A DNA stretch of 64,000 nt from Porphyridium purpureum (lineage: Eukaryota), in assembly GCA_008690995.1 (NCBI GenBank), contig VRMN01000011.1:1-64000 (forward strand), read 5' to 3'. Both the position numbers and the translations under genes were made by a program. Positions 20,779 to 30,729 of the stretch are shown one piece after another (within the stretch, counting starts at the first letter, position 1; every line of letters starts with the position of its first letter). Under the pieces are notes generated by a model, which worked only from the letters and a program-made list of their open reading frames with translations, was not told the DNA's origin and ran no database searches.

Positions 20779-23700
20779 CGGCGCGGCGCGTTGCTGCCAA
20801 AGCAGCACCGCGCGACTGTCTGCACAGGTGAGACGTTTGCAGTAGGAGAAATCGGGATTGACAGTTGCTCCAGCGACCACGTCTTTCGCGACCGTGACCT
20901 CGTGAAAAACACGAGGCGCGCAGCGAAAACGCTATTGTTGAACGGCATCAATTCGGCAAAGCCAGTGCGCATCGCATGTATTGGGGACAGTGAGTTTGGC
21001 ACTGTCTACCTTTCGCGCAAGGTCTGCGGAAACGTACTCAGCCTGGGACGGTTGCGTGCTGACGGGCATAAAGTGCTCTTTCATGATAGGTCTAATACAT
21101 TTAGACTCTATTACGATAAAAGCATCTTTACGTTCCGTCCGCGCGCAGACCACATCTACACTACCACACTCCCAATCACCATAGGCAAAACACTGCTGCT
21201 CGAAGGAACAGCTGCGGAACGAGAAAATGATTTTTCGCCGAGACAGGTGGCAAGCGCAAAAGCGGCGCGCGATTTGGCGCGCAGGATGGCATATCCGTCA
21301 CTCAAAAACTTGAGAGACGCACTGAGAAATGGCGGCATAATGAATTGCGAGGTGAGCGCGCGTGACGTAGATCGCGCGGAGACAATCTGGGGCCCCGCGG
21401 TACCGGTTCTAAAAGGACGAGCCACCGGCCACAAAAGCCCGATCGAGCAGGAGTCCTGTCAAGCACGGATGAGTCGCGAAATATCACTGCGCACAGACTT
21501 AATGTTTGTAGACGGCTATGTGTTCGTTGTGAGCGTGTGTAAGCCCATGCAATATATATTGCTGGATCGTGTCACGAGCAAGAGCGCTCATCATCTGCAA
21601 GAGGCGTTGCATAAGCAGTTCGCTAGCTTGAAAAGCTTCGGTGCAAAAGTTGTCGAGATCCGCAGCGACCCAGAGAGCGGAATTGTGGCCGCAGTTGACT
21701 GGATGAAAAGCAATGGTGTGATCCCAGACATACTGGCCGCAGGCGAGGCTGTCCAGCCCGCAGAAAGGGCCATCAGAATGGTGAAAGAGCGAATGCGGTG
21801 CGTCCTGAGCGGCTTACCATTCCGAATGCCGAAGAGCCTAACCGGGTTCCTGGCTGAGTATGTAGTGCAGCGCATAAACATGATGAAAAGCTCCGTTGCG
21901 CCAGAGTACGATGGGCGATCGCCATATGAGGATCTGACAGGGCGCCTGGTTGACGCGAAGAAGGAGCTAGCACTCGGATTTGGAGACTATTGCCAGTCGC
22001 ACAGCAAGAGCGTCGACAGCACAATGGCCGAACGAACGACAGGATGCATCGCGCTGCGTCCGACCTTAAACCTGGCCGGATCATGGCTGTTCTACAACCT
22101 CAATACAAAGAACATCATCACGCGACAGAAGTGGAACCAGTTACCGCATCCAGACTTCGTTATATCCAGGATGAACGAAATTGCTGAGCAACAGAGTGCG
22201 AGTGGTGTCGTCACAGATATTGAGGACCAGCCGCATGACGACGAAGAAGAGGACGTGGAGGGCTTGCTAATCGATGAGCAAGATCGGCCGGAGCTGAACG
22301 CAGCGGCACAGGAAGATGTCGACCTTGTTGTGGTGGAAGCGGATGAGGACGGCGACGCCTCGGTGGAAACGGCAGAAGAGAACGCGCGCCAAGCACAAGG
22401 CGATCCAGTCCTGGAAGAGCTGTGCACAGCAGAGGTAGCCAGTAATGCAGCGCAGGAGGCACTCGGAACTGAGACGCGCATTCCAACCGAACAAAGCCGC
22501 GCGGAGAGTTATAGTAATCCGCAACAAGACGTTAGAGCTCTGCGATCGCAGCTCACTGTTAGAATGCAAGCGCCGCTGGGTACCGCAAAGACGCGCTCGC
22601 CGACGAGCACGCAAGGACCTGGACAGCAACATTTTATTCCATCTGCCTCACAGATTGTGCCTCGCGCCACAGCACCCGAAGCAAGTCCAGCGATTCGGCA
22701 AGAATACCAAGGCAGCACGCTTGCACCGAGCGCTTTGAACGACCAGCGGCTTTCAGACATGAGCACGTCAGGTGGTCGGAACGGTTGCGAGCCAGAGGTC
22801 ATTGTTGATCCGCTGACAAGAACAAGCACAGCGACATACATCGACGAGCACATGGTGAAGCTGGCGGGAAAGAGGGCGCGAGCCAACGGTTCTGTGAGAG
22901 CAGAAGACATCGCCGAGAAAGTGGCCAAGCTGCAACGCAGGATTGACGAAATTGATCAGCGTGAAAAGGAAATAGTGGAAATACAGAAAAGGACAGAGAA
23001 GAATGATCGGAGCAAAACCGGAAAGCGGAAGCAGAGCAGTGAGGACTGGGCGGATGACGAAGAGTCTCACAAAGCGGACGTCAAAAAAGGACGAGCCTTT
23101 GTGCTGTCTGCGAATAAGAAGGGTCTTACAGCAAACATGAGTCTGATGTCGGCTTTCCGAAAGCATGGCTTGAAAGCGGTCCGTGCGGTCGTCAAGGAGG
23201 TTGCGCAACTGGATAGTAAGTATGGCTTTGGGGTTATCACTCCCGTGAGTGTGCAGAGCCTGTCAGAGGCTGAGAGGAAGCAGATCCTACCCACTCACAT
23301 ATTTCTCAGAGAGAAGCTTGACGCAGATGGATCGATCCAGAAAATCAAAGCCAGAGTTGTAGCGGGAGGCAATCACCAGGATCCAGCAGTGTACCCGAAG
23401 AAGTCGTCACCGACTGTTGCCACAGATAGTCTGTTATTGCTCGCAGCAATAGCAGCCAACGCAAAGTACGCTGTGGGTAAGGCTGACTTTCCCGGTGCGT
23501 TCTTGAATGCACTAATGCCTCCTGATGGTCCAAAGGTACACGTGAGGTTGGACAGGTACCTGACGAGGGTGTTATGTGGCCTAGACGACAAGTATCTTCG
23601 TTACGTGCGCTCCGATGGCGGCTTGGTGTGCGTTTTGAAAAAGGCGCTGTACGGAACAATCATGGCCGCGCGCCAGTGGTTCCTGACGGTAAAAAAGATG

Positions 23701-24798
23701 TTGCAAGAACTGCGCTTTTCGCAGAATCGATTCGACGAGTGCGTATTCAGACGCGGCAATGTATCGCTCGCAATACACGTTGACGACATAATCGTGTTCG
23801 CTCCGTCCGCGCGCGAGGTGAAAATTGTGTTGGATGAAATCGAGCGCAGGTACCCAGGACTGCAGAGAGAGCAGGGGGATACCGTCGAGTACCTGGGTAT
23901 GCGCTTTGCATTTGACAGAAGTACAGCCACTGTGCTGGTTAGCATGAATGGATACATCGGCACCATGCTGAGCGAGTTTGGTGCAAGTGGACGGGCGCGC
24001 ACGCCGGCAGGTACTGACCTGTACGAAGTGGGATCGACCGAAAGGCTCACAAGAGATAAGAAAGACGATTTCCACACGTGGACAGCGAAGCTGTTGTACG
24101 TAGCCAAACGCGTGAGGCCAGACATCCTTACGGCCGTCGGGTATCTGACGACGAGGGTGCACGAGCCGAACATTCGCGATTGGCAAAAGCTGGAGCGTGT
24201 CATGAAGTATTTGGCAGCCACCCAAGAAATGGGTCTGCGACTTGGAGCGAGCACGGAGAAAACAGTGGTCTGCGGTGCGGACGCGTCGTACGGTGCATGC
24301 GACGACTATAGGTCGGTCACGGGGACTTCGGTCACGTTGGGTACCGGGGCTGTGTACGCCAGGAGCAGCAAGCAGAAGCTTGTGACAAAAAGTTCGACAG
24401 AAGCCGAACTTGTCGCTGCCAGCGACAGTCTCGGGCAGGTGCTTTGGACGGCGCGGTTCCTTCGCGATCAAGGCTTCGAGCTCAAAGAGAGTGTGTTGCT
24501 TCAAGATAACAACTCTGCCATAGCGCTGATGAAACACGGCAAGCCAACCTCCATGAGGACAAAGCACATCGGAATCCGGTATTTCGTCGTGCACGACGCA
24601 GCGGATAGAGGCGACATACGCGTCGTGTATTGCCCAACCGAAGATCTGACCGCAGATCTGTTAACGAAACCTCTCCAGGGCAAGGTCTTTGAAAAGCACC
24701 GTGCGAACTTGCTCGGCTCCGCGAGCACGAAACACGTTGCTTATGACAACACGCGCCAAGGAGGGAGTGTGTTAAGATGTGTGGAGCATGGCGGTTAA
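20779..24798 (+). CDS. pol: Pol (protease, integrase, reverse transcriptase, RNase H), in frame with gag after a single UGA
   Basis: PR IGIDSCSSDHV; IN RTDLMF / RSDPESG / AERAIR; RT KARVVAGG, ADFPGAFLNA, LKKALYG, HVDD; RNase H DASY, SSTEAELVA, QDNNSAI, RTKHIGIRY; stop codon lies inside the 3' LTR. Confidence 0.95.
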   Translation, partial: RRGALLPKQHRATVCTGETFAVGEIGIDSCSSDHVFRDRDLVKNTRRAAKTLLLNGINSAKPVRIACIGDSEFGTVYLSRKVCGNVLSLGRLRADGHKVLFHDRSNTFRLYYDKSIFTFRPRADHIYTTTLPITIGKTLLLEGTAAERENDFSPRQVASAKAARDLARRMAYPSLKNLRDALRNGGIMNCEVSARDVDRAETIWGPAVPVLKGRATGHKSPIEQESCQARMSREISLRTDLMFVDGYVFVVSVCKPMQYILLDRVTSKSAHHLQEALHKQFASLKSFGAKVVEIRSDPESGIVAAVDWMKSNGVIPDILAAGEAVQPAERAIRMVKERMRCVLSGLPFRMPKSLTGFLAEYVVQRINMMKSSVAPEYDGRSPYEDLTGRLVDAKKELALGFGDYCQSHSKSVDSTMAERTTGCIALRPTLNLAGSWLFYNLNTKNIITRQKWNQLPHPDFVISRMNEIAEQQSASGVVTDIEDQPHDDEEEDVEGLLIDEQDRPELNAAAQEDVDLVVVEADEDGDASVETAEENARQAQGDPVLEELCTAEVASNAAQEALGTETRIPTEQSRAESYSNPQQDVRALRSQLTVRMQAPLGTAKTRSPTSTQGPGQQHFIPSASQIVPRATAPEASPAIRQEYQGSTLAPSALNDQRLSDMSTSGGRNGCEPEVIVDPLTRTSTATYIDEHMVKLAGKRARANGSVRAEDIAEKVAKLQRRIDEIDQREKEIVEIQKRTEKNDRSKTGKRKQSSEDWADDEESHKADVKKGRAFVLSANKKGLTANMSLMSAFRKHGLKAVRAVVKEVAQLDSKYGFGVITPVSVQSLSEAERKQILPTHIFLREKLDADGSIQKIKARVVAGGNHQDPAVYPKKSSPTVATDSLLLLAAIAANAKYAVGKADFPGAFLNALMPPDGPKVHVRLDRYLTRVLCGLDDKYLRYVRSDGGLVCVLKKALYGTIMAARQWFLTVKKMLQELRFSQNRFDECVFRRGNVSLAIHVDDIIVFAPSAREVKIVLDEIERRYPGLQREQGDTVEYLGMRFAFDRSTATVLVSMNGYIGTMLSEFGASGRARTPAGTDLYEVGSTERLTRDKKDDFHTWTAKLLYVAKRVRPDILTAVGYLTTRVHEPNIRDWQKLERVMKYLAATQEMGLRLGASTEKTVVCGADASYGACDDYRSVTGTSVTLGTGAVYARSSKQKLVTKSSTEAELVAASDSLGQVLWTARFLRDQGFELKESVLLQDNNSAIALMKHGKPTSMRTKHIGIRYFVVHDAADRGDIRVVYCPTEDLTADLLTKPLQGKVFEKHRANLLGSASTKHVAYDNTRQGGSVLRCVEHGG

Positions 24799-25076
24799 CG
24801 GTTAGTGGTTAGCTTTTAGTCGTTAAGCCGTTAAGCTGATCACTGATAAGGGACGTGACTTGAGAAGGGAAACTCTCGGCTGCGGTTGTTGGCCGGCGGT
24901 AGGAGCGTAGGAGAATGGGTCCGTTGGCTTATAAGTCGCGCGCGAAGCTCGGTGCTGAGCGCGAGCGCGGTGGGCTTCGGTAGGGAGTGCGAGTTGGAAA
25001 AGTTATACGTTTAGAACTTGATAAACTTGGTCGTTGGATTGGAGGTTGTCCATCAGCGGAGCGAGGTTTCCGAACA
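24770..25076 (+). repeat. 3' LTR
   Basis: Copy of 19280-19586, followed by the TSD ACGCA. Confidence 0.97.
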
Positions 25077-25251
25077 ACGCATCGGCTCCAAGCACGTGTA
25101 CCCACGTCGTGATCAACTGTACTTTATTCCTGCACTCAAACACTGTACACGGGCACAGTACTTCTGCGGCGCACGCAGTTGAGGCATCACGAAAAAGGGT
25201 GACCGCAAAATGGCCAAAAGAGTCACAGTTTGATATGAAAACGGTGACCAC

Positions 25252-25276
25252 ACCCTAGTAACCCTAGGAACCCTAG
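25252..25276 (+). promoter_or_regulatory. Three ACCCTAG units (telo-box-like) upstream of Tudor-SN
   Basis: ACCCTAGTA-ACCCTAGGA-ACCCTAG with 9-bp period, about 250 bp before ATG 25525. Confidence 0.4.
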
Positions 25277-25524
25277 AGACCGCACCACGTCAACTCATGA
25301 AAGAGAAAAATCTGAGTGTGCGTGGTCGCGGTACGTGGCAAGGGTTTGTACGAGGGGGGGAGAGAGGCAGAGGGAAGGAGGGGGAAAGGGTGTGTAGGTG
25401 GGGTGCGTGTGTGTGTGTGTGCTGTGTGGGTAGTGTGGGTAGTGGTGTGAGAGGTGTGGGAGGAGGGTAGGGTGTTCGTGTGTGTGTGTGTGTGTCGAGA
25501 GACAGAGCGACAGGAAGAGCAGAG

Positions 25525-28500
25525 ATGGCTGCGCCGCTCCCTCCGTTTCATACGCGGCTGCACGCGCAGGTGAAGCACGTGTTGTCTGGCGACACCGTGG
25601 TGCTGGTCAAGCCGCCTGCGCCGGGCGCGCCCGTGGCCGCGCCGCCCCCGGAGATCCGGCTCACGCTCGCGTCGCTCCAGGCGCCGCCACTCTTTCCCGA
25701 CGAGAAGCCCTGCGCGTACGACAGCCGCGAATTTCTGCGCTCGCGCCTCGTTGGCCGCGCAGTGCAATTCGTGATCGAGTACAAGGTCGAGCACGCGGGC
25801 GATAGATTGTTCGGATCGATTTTCGTCTGCGAACCTGTCGCGCCCGCGCCGGCCGATGGATCCAGTGGTGACACGGCGTCCTCGGACGCGCACCCAAAGC
25901 CGGCGCAGATTTGGACCTCGGTGTCCAAGGCGGTCGTCCGCGCGGGCATGGCCAAGGTGCGCGCACCGCTCAACGACCGCGAGGCGTGCGCAAAGGACAT
26001 AGACGAGCTGCGTGCGCTCGAGGAGACCGCACAGACCGAGCAGATCGGGATATATAGCCCAGATGCCCCCATCCGGCTTCGCCAGCTCGCGCCAGCCATG
26101 TCGTCGAATGAACTGTTAGCCCTCATGAAGGGACACGCGTTTCGCGCGACAGTGGAGTTTGTCATCACGGGATCTGTCTTCCGAGTGCTTGTTTCGTTAC
26201 CGGACGGCACATACCGAGCCATGAGCGTGCAGCTTGCCGGACTACAGTGCCCGGGCTTTCGGCGCGAGGCCGGCAGCGAAAAGCCGCTCCCTCTGCCGTT
26301 CGCTCTGAACGCCAAGTTTTTCAGCGAAATGCGAGTGCTTGGACGCGAGATCCACTTTGTCGTCGAGCATGGAGAAAGAAATGCGGCGAGCATGACGGGA
26401 GACTGGCCACTGTATGTGCGTATACTGTCGGTCACCGCTCCGGCGGGAAGCGGCGCAGAAAAGGAAAGTGCCACTCTGGACTTGGGGGAGGAATTGCTTC
26501 GGGCAGGATTTGCCAAGACCTTGAGCTGGTCGCTGGGCGAGTCTGGAGTCGACTCGATGCGCATGCGGCTTGCCGAGAAGGCCGCTCGCGACGCCCGCCG
26601 CGGCGTATGGGTGTCATTCGAGCCGCCGGCCGGCGCGCAGCTTGGCGCAGCCTTGTCGGCACCATTCGAGGCGACCGTTCAGGAAGTTTTCTCAGGAGAC
26701 ACATTAGTTGTGGTTCCGGAGTCTGGTCCGCACGCTCTCTCACCCGTGCGCATTAGCTTGGCTTCAGTGCGAGCGCCACGCCCAGCACGCGGTATGCAAA
26801 AGGAGGAGTACATGGGCGCCGATGCTCGCGAGTTTTTGCGTAGGAAATGCATCGGCAAACGCGTATCCGTACATGTGCAGTATCAGCGTGTCCCACAGGC
26901 TGCACAGCAGAGCCAGGCGTCTTCTTCAGGAACCGCTCCGATGCTTTTTGCTGACGTTTTTCAGGACCGTCCGGCGGCGGCCGCTTCAAATGCTTCGGAA
27001 AAGCTAAATGGTTCCGAGTCCTCGGGTAGCCCAAGAATGTGCCTGAGCACTGAGCTTGTTCGCGCAGGCTATGCTACCGTGATCAAGCACCGATCAGGAG
27101 AGGATACGTCAAGCGTCTATGAAGATCTGCTGCAAGAGGAATCTCAGGCCGTTGAAAAAAAGCGCGGCCTTCACAAGCCAAGCCCGGCCGGCAGTGGTGC
27201 ACCGCGGCGCGTGAATGATCTAGGAGCTCCAGATGCCAAGAAGCGCGCTCGGGACATGCTTCCCTTTTTGGAGAAAGCTGGCGCCATGCGAGGAGTAGTT
27301 GAGCACGCCTCGACGGGCTCACGGTTCCGCGTTTACATACCCAAGGATCACATGATCATTCCTGTTGCTTTGCGCGCCGCGCGCGCCCCGGCTCCTGCAC
27401 GCCGGAACGCCACTGGCGCGACCGGTACTGCCGCAGCAGAGCGTGGTGATCCCATGGGTGACGAGGCTTTATTTTTTGCGCGCAGCATGTTTCTGCAGCG
27501 CGATGTGGATGTAACAGTTTGCGGCATCGACCGCAATGGCACATATCTTGTGGATCTGCGTCTGGCAGACGGCTCAAGTCATTCTTCAACCGCAAGTCAA
27601 AAGGCGCGCGATTGTGCCACGCTTCTGCTTGAGCACGGCTTTGCCGAGCTGTCCGTAGGGCCCAGTGGAGCCGCGGCAAGCAAACAGTACGAGAGTGCAG
27701 AGGCGAGTGCCAAAGCTGCGCGTTGCGGAATCTGGCAGATTAAGGATCCGAACGCGAGCAATGCCAAGGTTGCTGTTGAACCGGAAGAAAGTGCGACAGC
27801 GCCGGTGGATCGAACTCCTGTCGCTGTGCGGGTGGTGGAGGTCGGTGTTGGCGGGCGCATTTTCTATCGCAAGCTAGACGTGACTGGCGACGACGGCATG
27901 GGCGCGATTTCGGCGGCGCTGGCGGCCGTAGCGGTGGACGACACGACCTGCGCAGACGCGCGCGAGTTTAAGGTGGGCGAAATGGTGCTCCTCAGGTACC
28001 CGAATGGAGTGTTCCGTGCGCGGGTACTGAGCAAGAACAATACGGCTAACGAGCTGCGCGTGCGGTACTCGGACTTTGGTCTGGAGGACGTAGTGTCCGC
28101 AGCCGACGTGGAGCGGCTACTGGACGTGTCGCGCCTGTCCAGCATGGATGCGCTTGCGCGTGAGCTTACGCTGGACGGCGTCGTCGTAGCGGGTGGTGGC
28201 TATCAGGAAGCGTCTCTGGAGGACAATGCCTTTTCGGACGCACAGTACGCAGATGATGCCCTCGCGTGGCTGCGCGAGCAGATCATGAACCAGACCATGG
28301 ATATGGTGCCTGTGCGTGTTGACAAGACGCGAAACGTGACACACGCCGAGCTTTACTTTGCCGGCGACGCCCCGCGACAATCCTCACGGTCCGGTATGGA
28401 AGCGCCAAACGGCGAGGCTGCGGCTCACAACAAGCTCTCGGTGAATCAGCTCGCGCTGCGCCAGGGCTTTGCCCGCGTGCTGCGCTCCAAGTCGACTGCC

Positions 28501-28617
28501 GGGCGCGGCGCGCAGAGCAAGTACGGCGCGGACGAGCTCATCGCTCGCTCCGCACGCTTGCGTCTGTTCGAGTATGGCGACCCGTACGCATCCGACCAGG
28601 ACGACGAATCCCGCTAG
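25525..28617 (+). CDS. SND1: Tudor staphylococcal nuclease (Tudor-SN/SND1)
   Basis: Four SNase domains (VKHVLSGDTV...SREFLRSRLVGR; VQEVFSGDTL...AREFLRRKCIGK; VVEHASTGSRF...QRDV), Tudor domain (FRARV...VRYSDFG), C-terminal LFEYGD. Confidence 0.95.
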   Translation: MAAPLPPFHTRLHAQVKHVLSGDTVVLVKPPAPGAPVAAPPPEIRLTLASLQAPPLFPDEKPCAYDSREFLRSRLVGRAVQFVIEYKVEHAGDRLFGSIFVCEPVAPAPADGSSGDTASSDAHPKPAQIWTSVSKAVVRAGMAKVRAPLNDREACAKDIDELRALEETAQTEQIGIYSPDAPIRLRQLAPAMSSNELLALMKGHAFRATVEFVITGSVFRVLVSLPDGTYRAMSVQLAGLQCPGFRREAGSEKPLPLPFALNAKFFSEMRVLGREIHFVVEHGERNAASMTGDWPLYVRILSVTAPAGSGAEKESATLDLGEELLRAGFAKTLSWSLGESGVDSMRMRLAEKAARDARRGVWVSFEPPAGAQLGAALSAPFEATVQEVFSGDTLVVVPESGPHALSPVRISLASVRAPRPARGMQKEEYMGADAREFLRRKCIGKRVSVHVQYQRVPQAAQQSQASSSGTAPMLFADVFQDRPAAAASNASEKLNGSESSGSPRMCLSTELVRAGYATVIKHRSGEDTSSVYEDLLQEESQAVEKKRGLHKPSPAGSGAPRRVNDLGAPDAKKRARDMLPFLEKAGAMRGVVEHASTGSRFRVYIPKDHMIIPVALRAARAPAPARRNATGATGTAAAERGDPMGDEALFFARSMFLQRDVDVTVCGIDRNGTYLVDLRLADGSSHSSTASQKARDCATLLLEHGFAELSVGPSGAAASKQYESAEASAKAARCGIWQIKDPNASNAKVAVEPEESATAPVDRTPVAVRVVEVGVGGRIFYRKLDVTGDDGMGAISAALAAVAVDDTTCADAREFKVGEMVLLRYPNGVFRARVLSKNNTANELRVRYSDFGLEDVVSAADVERLLDVSRLSSMDALARELTLDGVVVAGGGYQEASLEDNAFSDAQYADDALAWLREQIMNQTMDMVPVRVDKTRNVTHAELYFAGDAPRQSSRSGMEAPNGEAAAHNKLSVNQLALRQGFARVLRSKSTAGRGAQSKYGADELIARSARLRLFEYGDPYASDQDDESR

Positions 28618-29233
28618 CCATCAGCATCATCACCGCCAGCACGACCTGCAGCACGAAAAGCGGCAGCGAAGATGGGGCCAACGTTTTCACGCGATGCAGC
28701 CACGTTTCCGCATCGCGCCGCTGCTGTGCGCCACACGCTGCGGATCCCTCCCGTCACACCGGATGCCAGCCATGCCGCGCGACTGCCTGCCAACGATGCC
28801 AACGATGCAAATTCAACAAATATCTGCGTGAGTTGGCAAAAACGGTTTCGAGTTTTCGACCTTAGAAAAAGAAAAACCCGAAAACCAGCCCAAACAGCGC
28901 CAATTTGCCGGGGTTTGCGCAGAAACGCACTTACAGGCTCCAATGGCGGGTTGTCGCAACTGCGCACGCACAGGATCGCGCGCGCGCGCCACAACGCAGT
29001 CAGCCCAGCCTGTGGTCTGGTGACGCGGCGCGGCACAGACACACAGCGGTATATAGCGTGCCGCAGTGGTTAGCGGGCACCCCGCGGCGCTCGATCACCG
29101 GAGGTACTCGACGCAGGCCTGTGGATGTCGTAGCCCACCGCGACCCCGTGGCACCGAAGCTGCAGCGTGGCGCGCGGGCAACTCAGGCGCGAGCAGCTGG
29201 CCGCTTGGGCTCGGTGGATGTACGGCAGGAAAC

Positions 29234-30193
29234 ATGGCGTTGATCGACGCGCTGCCAGATGAGCTCGTGGAAAAGGTGTTCGAGCACTGCGCGTCAATGT
29301 ACGTCGAGCCGTTTGCGGGGCACGGGCAGCGCGCTGCGCTGACGTCAGACCTCGTCGACATGATGCAGCTGGCTCGCACCTCGCGTCGAATGATGCTTGT
29401 CTTCGAGCGCCGCGTGCGCGTCGCGCTTTACGTGGACCTGCACAAGTCAAACCCGCGGTATCGGCAGGAGCGGCAGCTGAACGTGCTGCTCGCCTTCAAG
29501 AACTCGCGATTGGTGCAGACCGTCATCAATTTTGTGTTCGCGCGCATGGAGCCGCAGGCAAGCTGGCTGGCCACCCTCATCGGCGCGTATGGTACGCAAG
29601 TCGTGCAGCATGACCCGGTGCTTGCGCAGCGCGTACCCATGGAGCTCGCGTCCGCCAGCCGTGCAGGCGCAGATAGGTTGCAGTGCCCGCCCATGCACGC
29701 GCTGCGCTACGCGCTGCTCCATGTCGACGGCTTCTACCTACGCAACGGTGACGACGATAACATCGAGGACTACTTGATCCCTCTGGTTTGGGTCCGCAAT
29801 GGGCTGAGCGGTGCATCCAAACCCATTCGCCGCCTGTGGCTCAATTGTCATCTTGGTTCCGGTATGGAGCCTTTCAACTTGCCGCACGCCCTGCTGCGCC
29901 AGCTCGCACGCGTGCCTGGTTTGACCGAGTTGTTCGTGTCCGGCAGGAACTTAGGCCAAAACGAAAATGACGAAAATCATGACCGGCACATCGAGTGGCA
30001 TGGCGCCGATAAAATCCAGATTTGTGGCCGCTGGCTGTGCAAAGTGTCCGAGCTTCGCAACGTCGTGCTTGAAAATTTCTGCATGTGCTGCTCGGACGAC
30101 TGGATGCAGCACACTCACGAGTTCAAAATCAAGTTTGATCATCGCAACATGTATTTTGCCGACCGAACTCGCCACTGGGGAGACTGTCCATAA
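29234..30193 (+). CDS. F-box-like protein
   Basis: N-terminal IDALPDELVEKVFEH...LARTSRRM F-box pattern; C-terminus not recognised. Confidence 0.65.
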   Translation: MALIDALPDELVEKVFEHCASMYVEPFAGHGQRAALTSDLVDMMQLARTSRRMMLVFERRVRVALYVDLHKSNPRYRQERQLNVLLAFKNSRLVQTVINFVFARMEPQASWLATLIGAYGTQVVQHDPVLAQRVPMELASASRAGADRLQCPPMHALRYALLHVDGFYLRNGDDDNIEDYLIPLVWVRNGLSGASKPIRRLWLNCHLGSGMEPFNLPHALLRQLARVPGLTELFVSGRNLGQNENDENHDRHIEWHGADKIQICGRWLCKVSELRNVVLENFCMCCSDDWMQHTHEFKIKFDHRNMYFADRTRHWGDCP

Positions 30194-30729
30194 TAGGTGT
30201 CTTGGTGAGATGGATTAAACTGAGTATGACCAGTAGACGAGCGAGCGCCCACAGCCTCACGCGTGTTTTTTTGTTTGCGGTATCCTTCGGTCATCGTGAC
30301 GGTCAAGCATAAAAGGACCGGCGGCTTGCTCGTGTTGGTCAAGGTAGCCTGGGGGTGCGCAGAAGTCTCCTGTACAGCCCGATACATTTGCTCTTGAGCT
30401 TGTGAACTCTTCTTCACGGAAAGAGACGGGGTGAAGAACTCTACAGAGTGGAGTGCAGAGGGCTGGCTTATAGAGGCCGAGCTGGCAGAAGACTACGCAC
30501 TCAGGACGTGGTGGAAAGCGCGCTGTGAGCCGCAGTGCCGCGCTGGCGCACTGCAAGAACGGGTCACTATCTATGGCTAGTACTATTAAGTGTGCTAAAT
30601 CTGGAAGTGATCTATATGCCATCGCTGCTCATAATTTCCATTGTAACCTTCTCCTCGGTCTCCAAAGAGTCGGTGTTTTGTGTGTCCACCGGATCTCCTT
30701 GATCCAACGAAAGTGAGCTTGGCGTTGAC

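Larger units (their letters stand above)
19280..25076 (+). mobile_element. Full-length Ty1/copia LTR retrotransposon (5797 bp) with 5-bp target-site duplication ACGCA
   Basis: Two 307-bp LTRs (TGTT...AACA); ACGCA at 19275-19279 and 25077-25081; domain order gag-PR-IN-RT-RNaseH; purine tract AAGGAGGGAGTG at 24758-24769. Confidence 0.98.

Noticed and set aside
24855..24885. GTGA-N11-AAA stem in the LTR as a SECIS letting the element decode its gag-pol UGA as Sec
   Set aside because: No 3' GA for the kink-turn quartet and a short helix; UGA-CGG plus hairpin readthrough is the simpler explanation
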